Below are positions 8,701-16,973 of a stretch of DNA of 32,000 nt, piece after piece. The DNA is taken from positions 6,474 through 38,473 of the forward strand of contig NZ_PQWO01000033.1 of assembly GCF_003231495.1 (NCBI RefSeq). The letters are read 5' to 3'. Positions within the stretch are counted from its first letter, which is position 1. Every line of letters starts with the position of its first letter. The position numbers and the translations under genes are program-made. This stretch comes from Acaryochloris thomasi RCC1774 (GTDB taxonomy: Bacteria; Cyanobacteriota; Cyanobacteriia; Thermosynechococcales; Thermosynechococcaceae). The notes beneath the pieces were generated by a model. That model was not told where the DNA came from and ran no database searches. It saw nothing but the letters and a program-made list of their open reading frames with translations.

Positions 8701-8826
8701 ACGCCTAAATCTCAACCGCGACAACTGAGATTAATCAATAAAAGTGCATAATTAGCCGATTATCGTCTACATCCCAAAGGCAAGAAGGAGTAGATCTCCA
8801 GGTGCATATGCTGTGGAGGTCTATGA

Positions 8827-9075
8827 TTGGATTCAAATATTTGCGGCCCTAGAATTAAGTCAATACGGCAGCTCAAGATGACACAAGCTGAACTCTCTGC
8901 TGCTCTCGAAGTAGATTATGGAATTTACCTCAGCCAATCTGACATCTCCGAGATAGAACGCCAAGAGCGTGGCCTCAAAGACTATGAGCTAGATGCAATC
9001 TCAACCATCCTGGACGTATCACCCATGTTTCTGCTCAGGAATGAACTGGGAGATGATTTTTATGTTGATGAATAA
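8827..9075 (+). CDS. XRE-family helix-turn-helix transcriptional regulator
   Basis: RIKSIRQLKMTQAELSAALEVDYGIYLSQSDISEIERQER...LDAISTILDVSPMFLL follows the Cro/C1 HTH pattern. A TTG start is assumed, because the in-frame ATG at 8878 would delete helix 1. Confidence 0.65.
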   Translation: MDSNICGPRIKSIRQLKMTQAELSAALEVDYGIYLSQSDISEIERQERGLKDYELDAISTILDVSPMFLLRNELGDDFYVDE

Positions 9076-9273
9076 TATTTGATCATACCGAGATCCTTTG
9101 AAAATCTAGGGCTATCGTATTATGATCCCTGTAACGTCGCTTGAGAAACTGTCCGACGAACGCCTTCCAACTGTTTGACGCAGCTCCGTTTGGTTTTTGA
9201 ATACCAGCCAGGGCAAAGTGTTAGGTATTTGAAGCCCAGCTCAGGCAACAATCCACACATTCAATCCCTGTAT

Positions 9274-9289
9274 CCTTGATCGATCAAGG
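9274..9289. repeat. Perfect 16-bp palindrome CCTTGATCGATCAAGG in the long non-coding region upstream of the putative replicase
   Basis: Read directly from the sequence. Its centre is GATCGATC. Confidence 0.6.
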
Positions 9290-9719
9290 GTTTTAGGGTA
9301 TTTTGGCTCTAATCACTCACGAACGGAGGCTTACAACATGAATTAATTGATATCCAAAGCAAAACCCCCAGCCGAAGCCGGGGAGTTGCTGTCGAATAAC
9401 TTAATAGGGTTGGGGACCGAAACGCTTGGATTTGGCGATCTTCGTTTTTGGTCACCCGAGATGAGATGTTTTGATTCTATAAGCATCTTAGGGGTTTTTG
9501 CAACCTTTTTTTCTGCAAAAATTCTCTAACACCCTGTTGAGGTTTAAAAATCTTTACAGGAATACTACTAGTGAAATTTCAGGATTTCAGGAGTAGTCAA
9601 GATTCCTATTGCCCAGGATGGTTGGGGCAGCTAGGAGGATTTGACTGCAGATCTATCGAAATAAGCGATCCTTCCCAAGGGATAGGCGGATACGCATCTT
9701 TCCCTCTTGGAGGCTTCCT

Positions 9720-11762
9720 ATGAGGGCCTCAGCAGAGCCAAGTTACCCCCAGGAGCCTCGTCGTCGCAATCAGCGACAATCTTCCAAACGACAACGACCT
9801 CAGGATCCCCTTCCGAAGAGTGAGACAGGTCAACATCTGGCCCATCTGTTTCCGAACGGCTGGAAATGGATTTATGCCAGTGCACCTGACTCCCAAGCCT
9901 CCCCCCAGTGGGAGACCATCCATCAGTTTCCCCTGACACCAATTGAAATGGAGCAACTGCACCAAGATGCGGAGAGCTTGGTGGGCATTCGCCCCGGAAG
10001 TCAAACAAGATGGCTCGTCATCGACATAGACCACGGTTCTGACTATCACCCCATTACCAACGAAAACTGGCTTCCTCGCATTCGACATGCCCTTGAGGGG
10101 GTTGGCATTGCCAGGATACTGACCTGTCAAAGTAGTTATAGTGGTGGTCTTCATCTCTACCTACCAATCCCTCAGCCTGTCAGCAGCTTTTGGTTCTCAA
10201 TCTGTGTCAAGCTCCACCTTGAAGCGATAGGTATCAAGCTGTATGGGGGCCAATGTGAGCTATACCCCAACCCCAAGAAATATGTGCCCAAAGGAAAGGG
10301 ATATAGCCTCTTCGCTGGCATCCGTTTACCTATGCAGCCCAACAGCGGCTTCTACCCCCTCGACTCGGACCTCAACCCACTTCCTTGGACCCTTGCCCAG
10401 TGGCTCGAAGCCTTTGAGCAAGCAGCATCCCTGCAGGACTTTACCCTGCTGCAGCACTCCATCATCCATGCCCAAGAAGCTTACCAACTGCGTCGTCATT
10501 ACCATCCCAAATCTATCAGTAGCTGGCAGTCTCATATTGACCAAGAGAAGGGCCAAGGCTGGACTGGCCCCGGTCAATCGAACGCCAAGTTCAAAGCCCT
10601 TGCTTGCGAAGCCCGAGTATTCAAAGGGATGGATTCTGCAGAACAGATCGCAGAGTACATTGAGCAAACAGCTTCCCAGATGCCAGGTTTTAATGAATAC
10701 AGCAACCACATCAAAGATCTCCGTCAGCGCAGCCGTGATGTGGCTCATTGGGCAATGAAGTTTTATTGGCCCAATGGTTCTGCTCCCCAACGAGAGACCC
10801 ATTATCACAGTCGAGAAACCGCCCCTGCCGACTTTGGTTACCATCAATCTAAACGAGACGCTGCTCGACACCGCATCAACCAGGCTGTAGAGCAACTTCA
10901 GTCATCTTCAGGTCTACCGAAAGGCATTTGCGATCGCGCCGAAGCCATTATCTTAATCGGCCATGTCAGCAAGCAGACGCTCTATCGGAACAAATCTCTT
11001 TGGCATCCAAATCATTTCAAATTACAAGCCCCCCCAGAAATCCCTCAACCTCAGCCACAGCAAGATATTACACAACCTCAGAGTAAAAATAGAGATGGAG
11101 GCGTTAGCCAACTGCTTAAATTCCTATGGATAGGGACTCTTACACAACTCCTTATATATGTAGGGTTTGTACTACTAACTCAACAATTAGCTGCGACTGC
11201 CCTGGCCCTTAAAGGCCAAAGGGCAGATCAAGCGGCGCTGGAAGTCACAACTCTTCCAAAAGAGGGGGGTCCGGGGGGAGATTTATCTAATGAGCCAAGC
11301 GTCAGCAATATCCAAAACTGGCAACAGCTACGGCTATCGCTCCCAGAAAGGTTTCAGAGGAAGCTTCAGCAGTCTGCCAGAGAGAGTTCTGAGCCAAAAG
11401 TTATCCAACTTCCATTGGAGTTTCGCACCTCTGATGGTCCAGAGAATTTTCCAGTATTAAAACAAAAGGAGGGGGTACTTCACTCCGACTCACTGCTATC
11501 TAGGCATCATGTATCCGATTCTTGCCTTGACCCCCATCTCGGTAGGACCCTCTCCCTGTTGAGTGATGATGAGGTATTTAGGCAATGGTTCGATCTTGCA
11601 ATGCAGTTTCAGATTGTCTCTGATTCGGAGTGGCATGAGGGAGAGTACTGGGTTGAAACCTTTGAGGGCTGGCGTCCATACGCTGAGATAGCGGCAACGT
11701 TTACCTTTGGTACTTTGAATACAATGAAGGATTCAGCCTCTAAGTCAAGTCAGTTTGATTGA
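9720..11762 (+). CDS. Putative replication protein with archaeo-eukaryotic primase (Prim-Pol)-like N-terminal domain
   Basis: GGAGG lies 6 nt upstream of the ATG. Motifs: WLVIDIDHGS (hhhDhD), SSYSGGLHLYLPI (sGGxHxy), FAGIRLPMQPNSG (xRxPgs). It has a basic disordered N-terminus, a Gln/Pro-rich linker (PQPQPQQDITQPQ) and a hydrophobic stretch LWIGTLTQLLIYVGFVLL. The functional call rests on motifs only. Confidence 0.45.
   Translation: MRASAEPSYPQEPRRRNQRQSSKRQRPQDPLPKSETGQHLAHLFPNGWKWIYASAPDSQASPQWETIHQFPLTPIEMEQLHQDAESLVGIRPGSQTRWLVIDIDHGSDYHPITNENWLPRIRHALEGVGIARILTCQSSYSGGLHLYLPIPQPVSSFWFSICVKLHLEAIGIKLYGGQCELYPNPKKYVPKGKGYSLFAGIRLPMQPNSGFYPLDSDLNPLPWTLAQWLEAFEQAASLQDFTLLQHSIIHAQEAYQLRRHYHPKSISSWQSHIDQEKGQGWTGPGQSNAKFKALACEARVFKGMDSAEQIAEYIEQTASQMPGFNEYSNHIKDLRQRSRDVAHWAMKFYWPNGSAPQRETHYHSRETAPADFGYHQSKRDAARHRINQAVEQLQSSSGLPKGICDRAEAIILIGHVSKQTLYRNKSLWHPNHFKLQAPPEIPQPQPQQDITQPQSKNRDGGVSQLLKFLWIGTLTQLLIYVGFVLLTQQLAATALALKGQRADQAALEVTTLPKEGGPGGDLSNEPSVSNIQNWQQLRLSLPERFQRKLQQSARESSEPKVIQLPLEFRTSDGPENFPVLKQKEGVLHSDSLLSRHHVSDSCLDPHLGRTLSLLSDDEVFRQWFDLAMQFQIVSDSEWHEGEYWVETFEGWRPYAEIAATFTFGTLNTMKDSASKSSQFD
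10930..10937. repeat. HIP1 octamer GCGATCGC
   Basis: Exact GCGATCGC read in the sequence. Confidence 0.9.
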
Positions 11763-12106
11763 TCCTAATCCGATCCGTTGTTAAATATAAAACTTTGTGT
11801 ACTGAAAGCTTTACTCTGAAAGGTTTTTGGCGTAAGCAGTAAGCTCGGAATGAATAAATGATATTTTGAAATCAAATTATTTTATAAAGAAGTATCGTTA
11901 TTTGATTCCATTGTTTTAGCAACTCCTGTACCATTTAACCAGAACTTATGTATGTGATGTGTGCGCTACTTCTAGTTCTGCTGTAGCGTTATCAGTCTAG
12001 GTCTAGATATATTTTCGTAGACGAAAGAGTATTCAAAACTCGTAGCACTTCTCTGAGGGCAGCCAGTGAATTTCGCTTCTGGCTTTAGTAGCTTAGGAGT
12101 GAGCGA

Positions 12107-12376
12107 TTACTTTTTCTTCAAATTTTTTAAGTAGTCAGAGATGATTACAGCCGCCTGTTGTTCCATCGTTCTTCTATTGCTTTCTGCTATTTCACTGAGT
12201 TCGCTCACTTCTTCTTGAGTCAACTCAATGTGTATTTTTCCAAGGCTCGCGGCCAAGTGCTCCTCTAGAAATGCAGATTTTGATTTACTGTTTGCAGCTA
12301 ACTCATGGAACAGCCTAGCGATATCTTCATGAACATTACCTTGGATTTTTGGTTTATCTGTAGCCACATTACCCAT
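12107..12376 (-). CDS. Small DNA-binding protein with two ribbon-helix-helix (CopG/Arc-like) modules
   Basis: KIQGNVHEDIARLFHELAANSKSKSAFLEEHLAASL and IHIELTQEEVSELSEIAESNRRTMEQQAAVIISDYL each fit a beta-strand plus two helices. The ATG at 12376 has GAGGA 8 nt upstream; the ORF could also start at 12391. Confidence 0.5.
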   Translation of the reverse strand: MGNVATDKPKIQGNVHEDIARLFHELAANSKSKSAFLEEHLAASLGKIHIELTQEEVSELSEIAESNRRTMEQQAAVIISDYLKNLKKK

Positions 12377-12727
12377 TCCACAAGTCCTCATATATGTTTA
12401 TCACCTAATTGGATGACTTTTGAATCAGTTGTTGATAATTTATTCATTCTGTAGTAAAAGTAGATCACTCGTCAATTACTAGTAGGCAAGTAGTGAATCA
12501 CTATAGTCTATTTGTTCTTTGCCTTGATGAATACCTTTTGTTGATCTGAGAGTTGCTGATCCCTTTATCCCCTGTAATCTTTAAGTTTTCTATGATGTGA
12601 TGATTTACTGTAGTGCAGTACGACATACTTGCCGATTGCTGACTAAACGCACCCCAATGCTTGGAACTATCTGTTCTGTACTCAAGCCGCCATAGGGAGA
12701 CTGTAGACCGACAACTGAATAAATTAA

Positions 12728-12772
12728 CCCCACCACTGTCCTCGCCGTCAGAAAGTCTGGTCAGTGATGGGG
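12728..12772. other. Large-loop hairpin CCCCACCACTG-N23-CAGTGATGGGG (10/11 pairs)
   Basis: Arms at 12728-12738 and 12762-12772 with one C/A mismatch. The arm sequence and geometry resemble the hairpin at 16558-16601. Confidence 0.45.
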
Positions 12773-13006
12773 TGACACCCAAGAAGCCCGGATAGCAAAG
12801 CTAAGCCACGCTTCAAGGATCCTTTTCATATTACCCACATCATTGCCAGCTTCTGCAGTGCTGCTGGATTTCTGGATATTCCGATAGCTGATCATTCACT
12901 TGGTATCGGTGCTGTCGGAAGTTTTTGGGGGGCGACCCCCGCTTGCTCCCCCTTATTCCCTTCTTTAGTTCGCTCTTCAACGAACCCTTATTTATCGGAG
13001 GCACTG

Positions 13007-13234
13007 ATGCCGAAACTCACTTCTCTTTTTCTTTTAACCTTCCCCCTGTCCTTTTGTACTGGCGTTGCAATAGCCGTAGCAGAAAACGCTGTTAATCAAC
13101 CCTCTCAACGTCCTTCTGTCGAACAAACGCCCGTCAAGTTGCAGTTATCTCAGACAGTAGATACCTGCGGCAAGTACTGCGAGAACTACCCACCGGGCCT
13201 CACGAAAGTCCGTATGCGCGACTGGCAACCCTAA
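13007..13234 (+). CDS. Small secreted protein (signal peptide), unknown function
   Basis: GGAGG lies upstream of the ATG. N-terminus MPKLTSLFLLTFPLSFCTGVAIAVAENA. The mature part has a CxxxC pair (CGKYC). Confidence 0.6.
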   Translation: MPKLTSLFLLTFPLSFCTGVAIAVAENAVNQPSQRPSVEQTPVKLQLSQTVDTCGKYCENYPPGLTKVRMRDWQP

Positions 13235-13244
13235 GCCGAGGTAA

Positions 13245-14945
13245 ATGATGTCTAACCAACTACTAATTGCCCCGAAAGTCTGTCCTAAGTGTGGATCTGA
13301 CAAAACCTTTACCCGCGATGAGCGGACCCTCTGTTTCATGTGTCAGACTCCTCTCGTCGAGCATGTACCTATGAAAATAGACCAAGAATCTCCTTCAGGG
13401 GTAATCGGTCGAGTTCGTTCGAGCGTTTTTTCAAACGAACGCCTGACCTTGATTTGGCAGAAGCTGGGCCGCAGAAAGGTGGTCGTCGGCAGTGGTCTCT
13501 TCGGAATTCTACTGCTTGGGTCTGGTTTGATTCTGGGTGCCCGCAATATCCCCTCCTCAGTAGCGCAGGGTTCTACTGAACTAGTCGCGTTAGGCGATAC
13601 CTTCGTGGGCTATAGCACTCTCAGATCGCCAGAGTTTCAAGATTCACTTCAATCCCAAGGCATTGATGTCAAGTATGCTGATGACTTTGATCAAGCCTCT
13701 CGTGCCCAGAAGCTTTCCACTGGCGAAGCGGACCTGATTGTGACCACTCTTGATCAAGTCCTCCGTCATCGTCCTGAAGGCAAGATTGTGGCCATGTGGG
13801 ACTATACCCAAGGCGCAGATGCGGTCGTTCTCAACACCAAGAAGTTTCCCTTGCTCAAGGACATGGATGCTTTGGCTGAGGAAGTGAAGCTAGCTGCTCA
13901 GTCGGGCCAGCAGTACTCCATCGTATATGCCGCTGATACCCCTAGCGAATATCTAGCGCTCCTGCTCGCCAATAAATTCCCTAGCTTCCGCCTAGAGCAA
14001 TTCAACTTGATCCCCGTGGCGGATGCCTCCGAAGCTTACAAGCTATTGCAAGACCCGAGCCAGAACATCGCGATCGCCGTATTGTGGGAGCCATTCGTCT
14101 CTCAGGCAGAGAAGAGCGGTCATAAGGTTGTCTTGAGCAGTGCTGATGTGCCGGAGGCGATTATTGATGTGCTGGTGGCTTCCAATTACTTTATTAAACG
14201 CCAACCTGAGGCGCTGAGTCAGGTCTTGGCTGCTTATTATGGCCGGATCGATGGTTCTCGTCTGGATGCGACCGCACTCAAGCAACAGATCGCCAAAGAG
14301 GCGAAGGTCTCTGGGCCAGAGGCTCTAACGCTGCTCAACGGCATTCATTTCTTCAATGCCCGTGAAGCGAACGACTGGCTCAATGGCAATCAAATCGTTC
14401 CCAAGATTCGATACACCGGCAGCATCCTCAAAGCCTCTGGCCGACTCAATCAACTGCCAGAGCAACCCGAGCGTTTGTACACCGGCAAGTTTTTGGATCT
14501 TGCGATCGCCAACAGCACCGCGCTCGACCAGCAGCTAAGTGGAATACGCCCGAATCCACCACAGGCCCCACCAAGCCCACCTAAGGCCCAGCCCGTCACT
14601 AATATTGGAAAGATCTCTGAGGATATTCGATTTGACCTCTCCAGTGTTCTGTTAGATCCAGAAGACAAAGCGACCTTAGATACCGTGATGGAGACGGCTA
14701 AGGGATTCGGTGGAAATACCGCAATTCAGATTACGGGGCATACCTCCGCAACTGGAAGCCCCGAGCGCAATGAAGTCTTGAGCAAAGGTCGTGTGGAATC
14801 TGTTGCTCAGTATCTTAAAGGCAAAAAGTTCTCAGGCGATTTGATTGTCAAGCGTGTCGGTAGCAGTTCGCCACTGCCGGGTGTTGATCCAGCCGATGCC
14901 CGCAACCAGCGCGTTGAAGTCGAAGTAGTAAGAACCGGAGGCTAG
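13245..14945 (+). CDS. Zn-ribbon / TM / periplasmic solute-binding-like domain / OmpA-C-like peptidoglycan-binding protein
   Basis: CPKCGS...CFMCQ ribbon. TM helix VVVGSGLFGILLLGSGLILGA. The ~330-aa middle region resembles NMT1/TauA-type SBPs (weak call). Pro-rich linker PNPPQAPPSPPKAQP. OmpA-C motifs ITGHTSATGSPERNEVLSKGRVESVAQYL and NQRVEVEV. Confidence 0.8.
   Translation: MMSNQLLIAPKVCPKCGSDKTFTRDERTLCFMCQTPLVEHVPMKIDQESPSGVIGRVRSSVFSNERLTLIWQKLGRRKVVVGSGLFGILLLGSGLILGARNIPSSVAQGSTELVALGDTFVGYSTLRSPEFQDSLQSQGIDVKYADDFDQASRAQKLSTGEADLIVTTLDQVLRHRPEGKIVAMWDYTQGADAVVLNTKKFPLLKDMDALAEEVKLAAQSGQQYSIVYAADTPSEYLALLLANKFPSFRLEQFNLIPVADASEAYKLLQDPSQNIAIAVLWEPFVSQAEKSGHKVVLSSADVPEAIIDVLVASNYFIKRQPEALSQVLAAYYGRIDGSRLDATALKQQIAKEAKVSGPEALTLLNGIHFFNAREANDWLNGNQIVPKIRYTGSILKASGRLNQLPEQPERLYTGKFLDLAIANSTALDQQLSGIRPNPPQAPPSPPKAQPVTNIGKISEDIRFDLSSVLLDPEDKATLDTVMETAKGFGGNTAIQITGHTSATGSPERNEVLSKGRVESVAQYLKGKKFSGDLIVKRVGSSSPLPGVDPADARNQRVEVEVVRTGG
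14070..14077. repeat. HIP1 octamer GCGATCGC
   Basis: Exact GCGATCGC read in the sequence. Confidence 0.9.
14502..14509. repeat. HIP1 octamer GCGATCGC
   Basis: Exact GCGATCGC read in the sequence. Confidence 0.9.
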
Positions 14946-14947
14946 TT

Positions 14948-15697
14948 ATGCTTGCAGAATCTCCTCAAATAACGCAACCGACACCATCGGAATTTCTAGA
15001 TTCGATTAATGCAGGATCTGCTCAGTTACAGCAATGGCTGACGACATCGGGTGCCTCTGATATTTACTCCGATTTGACTGAGTACGTTGATACTCAATAT
15101 CAGGAGCTAGTCCATGTCTGTGGCGATGACTTGATCACTCGCCATCAAGCAGCCTGTTGGCTTGAAACTCGGACGGAGCAAATCCGGCAAAAATCAATCG
15201 AGCTGGCGAATGAGCAAGATATTCGTGTGGACTTCTCTAGCGTCCGTGATTCCCCAACGTCAATGGTGTTTTGGAATGCGGGATCGATGTATAGCGGTCT
15301 TACAGGGAGTTTAAGGCAGCAACTCGGAACGTTGAGCGTTGCGGATATAACCCTTTGGTTGAATGCGCTGGGGAAATATATCGATACACTTGCGGTTTCA
15401 AATGAGCATCGGATCGAAGTGCTAGAGCAAGAGTCTAAGGAAGAGCTGGGTTCATGTACAGCAATACTTAAGAGCTTTCCAGGGCGGTTTTCTTCAAAAG
15501 AGTGTGAAGCGTTGGTAAAGCTGATTGAGAGTTCCTTCCAGAAACGCATGAAAATCGTCGTTCTGGGGTTTGCCAGCAAAATCTACCTTGACCTGCTGGC
15601 TAGATCTTACGACTTTTTTCTTCATCAGCCAGAAGGCGATCCATTAGTTCAAGAGGCATTGCTTGCCGTCGAAAATTGGGAGGTATCGGATGCATGA
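14948..15697 (+). CDS. Hypothetical soluble protein (249 aa), no recognisable motif
   Basis: GGAGG lies 6 nt upstream of the ATG. It starts 3 nt after the OmpA-like stop. Composition is helical-looking. Confidence 0.65.
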   Translation: MLAESPQITQPTPSEFLDSINAGSAQLQQWLTTSGASDIYSDLTEYVDTQYQELVHVCGDDLITRHQAACWLETRTEQIRQKSIELANEQDIRVDFSSVRDSPTSMVFWNAGSMYSGLTGSLRQQLGTLSVADITLWLNALGKYIDTLAVSNEHRIEVLEQESKEELGSCTAILKSFPGRFSSKECEALVKLIESSFQKRMKIVVLGFASKIYLDLLARSYDFFLHQPEGDPLVQEALLAVENWEVSDA

Positions 15698-15998
15698 GTC
15701 AGGCTATCGAGTCGCTTCTGTACTGGAGCACGAAATTAATCGCCGTTGCGAAGAAGCTAGGCTGCAGATTTTGTTAAGAAGGCTAAAGTTTTCGAGCAGC
15801 TTGTTTGTAGTTATAGGTGGTATTTTACTTGCTTCAAATATAGCGTCTAGTAAGTACGGTTTTTTGCTATTAGCAATGAGTTCATCACAGCTCGTTTTAG
15901 CTAGCTTTTTGGATAAAGATAAGAGCTTGCTAGTCTACTCCCTATCTCTATTTCTATGTGTTGATTGCCTCGGAGTGTATCGATGGATACTCAACTAG
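15690..15998 (+). CDS. Small 3-TM membrane protein
   Basis: The ATG at 15690 is preceded by GGGAGG and overlaps the upstream stop by 8 nt. Hydrophobic segments: LFVVIGGILLASNIA, GFLLLAMSSSQLVLASF, LLVYSLSLFLCVDCLGVY. Confidence 0.5.
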   Translation: MHESGYRVASVLEHEINRRCEEARLQILLRRLKFSSSLFVVIGGILLASNIASSKYGFLLLAMSSSQLVLASFLDKDKSLLVYSLSLFLCVDCLGVYRWILN

Positions 15999-16525
15999 CA
16001 AATCTTACATTACGGGAAGCCTATCGCCTGCAGGATAGCGAGAGCAAGCCATACGATATACCCTGGATTGTTTGGCTGCTGGAGAATCCCGATAGTCCGC
16101 TGCCGTTTCCAGGCCAGATTTACCTGAGGGAGCATGACTATCTTCATATTATCTTTGGATTAGATCGATCTTCAGAAAGTGAAGCTTTCCTGGTGGGATT
16201 TGCGATGGGATTAGATTTAAATACTCGTAACATTCACCTACTAATATTAATATTAACTTCATTCTTTTTATATCCCAAATCCTATAAGTTCAGTATGATG
16301 GATATAAGGAATCTAAACCGAGGTTTTCTAGTTGGAAGAATGCCTAAATTTGAATCCTTGAGAGTATTGAACTTCGAGCTATATCTAGACCAAAAAGTAT
16401 CCGATATCAGAAACGCTTTTGGTCTTCAACTACCAGAACCTCGGTCCTTTATTAGTCAGACTTTGAATACTATGTCTAACCGTCTACGGTCACCGTTTGT
16501 ATTTGCGCATCTGAAGCCGCCGTAG
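15983..16525 (+). CDS. Coq4-like HDxxH...E metal-motif protein (weak family call)
   Basis: The ATG at 15983 is preceded by GGAG and overlaps the upstream gene by 16 nt. HDYLHIIFGLDRSSESEAFLVGF matches the spacing of the Coq4 signature ([23 protein letters not shown] in eukaryotic COQ4). Confidence 0.5.
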   Translation: MDTQLANLTLREAYRLQDSESKPYDIPWIVWLLENPDSPLPFPGQIYLREHDYLHIIFGLDRSSESEAFLVGFAMGLDLNTRNIHLLILILTSFFLYPKSYKFSMMDIRNLNRGFLVGRMPKFESLRVLNFELYLDQKVSDIRNAFGLQLPEPRSFISQTLNTMSNRLRSPFVFAHLKPP

Positions 16526-16557
16526 GTCTCTTCAGGTGAACAACCGAATAGTTAATA

Positions 16558-16601
16558 CCCCACTACCGAACGAACTTTGACGGGCTTGAGCGGTAGTGGG
16601 G
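16558..16601. promoter_or_regulatory. Perfect 11-bp-stem, 22-nt-loop hairpin between the envelope operon and the first pilin-like gene
   Basis: CCCCACTACCG-N22-CGGTAGTGGGG. The loop contains TTGACG. There is no T-tract after the stem. Confidence 0.45.
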
Positions 16602-16642
16602 AGGTCTCCTAAGTATGGAAAACACCACACTGGAGTATTTCT

Positions 16643-16918
16643 ATGATACCTGCACAACATACGACAGGCATTGCCTGTTGCGGTAAGCGTTGCTCTTGGC
16701 TAGCCGTCTCTATCGGCCTTGTCTTCTTTCTGGCTGCCCTATCGAGTGCTAAACCTGCCCAAGCTTCATTTACGAATGGAGCAGAATCCTTTTTTTCTGA
16801 GGCTTTTCCAGAGGCCAAGGGTTTTTTCCCCTTCGCCGCGAAAGCCTTTGTGGTTTTGAGCCTGACTTCTATCGCGCTTAGCTCCAGCGGTTCAGATTCA
16901 ACGAACGAAAACTCCTAA
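16643..16918 (+). CDS. Pilin-like small secreted/membrane protein, paralogue 1
   Basis: GGAG lies upstream. The signal peptide ends ...SSAKPAQA. The mature start SFTNGAESFFSEAFPE is shared with the 17891 gene. One hydrophobic helix: FAAKAFVVLSLTSIAL. Confidence 0.45.
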   Translation: MIPAQHTTGIACCGKRCSWLAVSIGLVFFLAALSSAKPAQASFTNGAESFFSEAFPEAKGFFPFAAKAFVVLSLTSIALSSSGSDSTNENS

Positions 16919-16973
16919 GTTTGGCTGCAGCGCACTTTAGGCGCTCAGTCACGCATCTGTGCAGGATTTGCCC

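Noticed and set aside
9347-9529. 60-aa plus-strand ORF in the 9076-9719 non-coding region
   Set aside because: It has a non-ATG start, no SD and no motif, and it is made of hairpin-forming sequence.
9729-10895. Long ORFs inside the putative replicase gene: 9729-10154 (-), 9718-10008 (-), 10326-10895 (-), 10243-10758 (+, other frame)
   Set aside because: They are GC-rich-region shadow frames with no SD or motif support. The 9720-11762 frame has a GGAGG SD and recognisable motifs.
12501-12782. 93-aa minus-strand ORF in the AT-rich spacer
   Set aside because: It has no ATG/SD context and an odd composition, and it spans the 12728-12772 hairpin. Non-coding DNA is the more likely reading.
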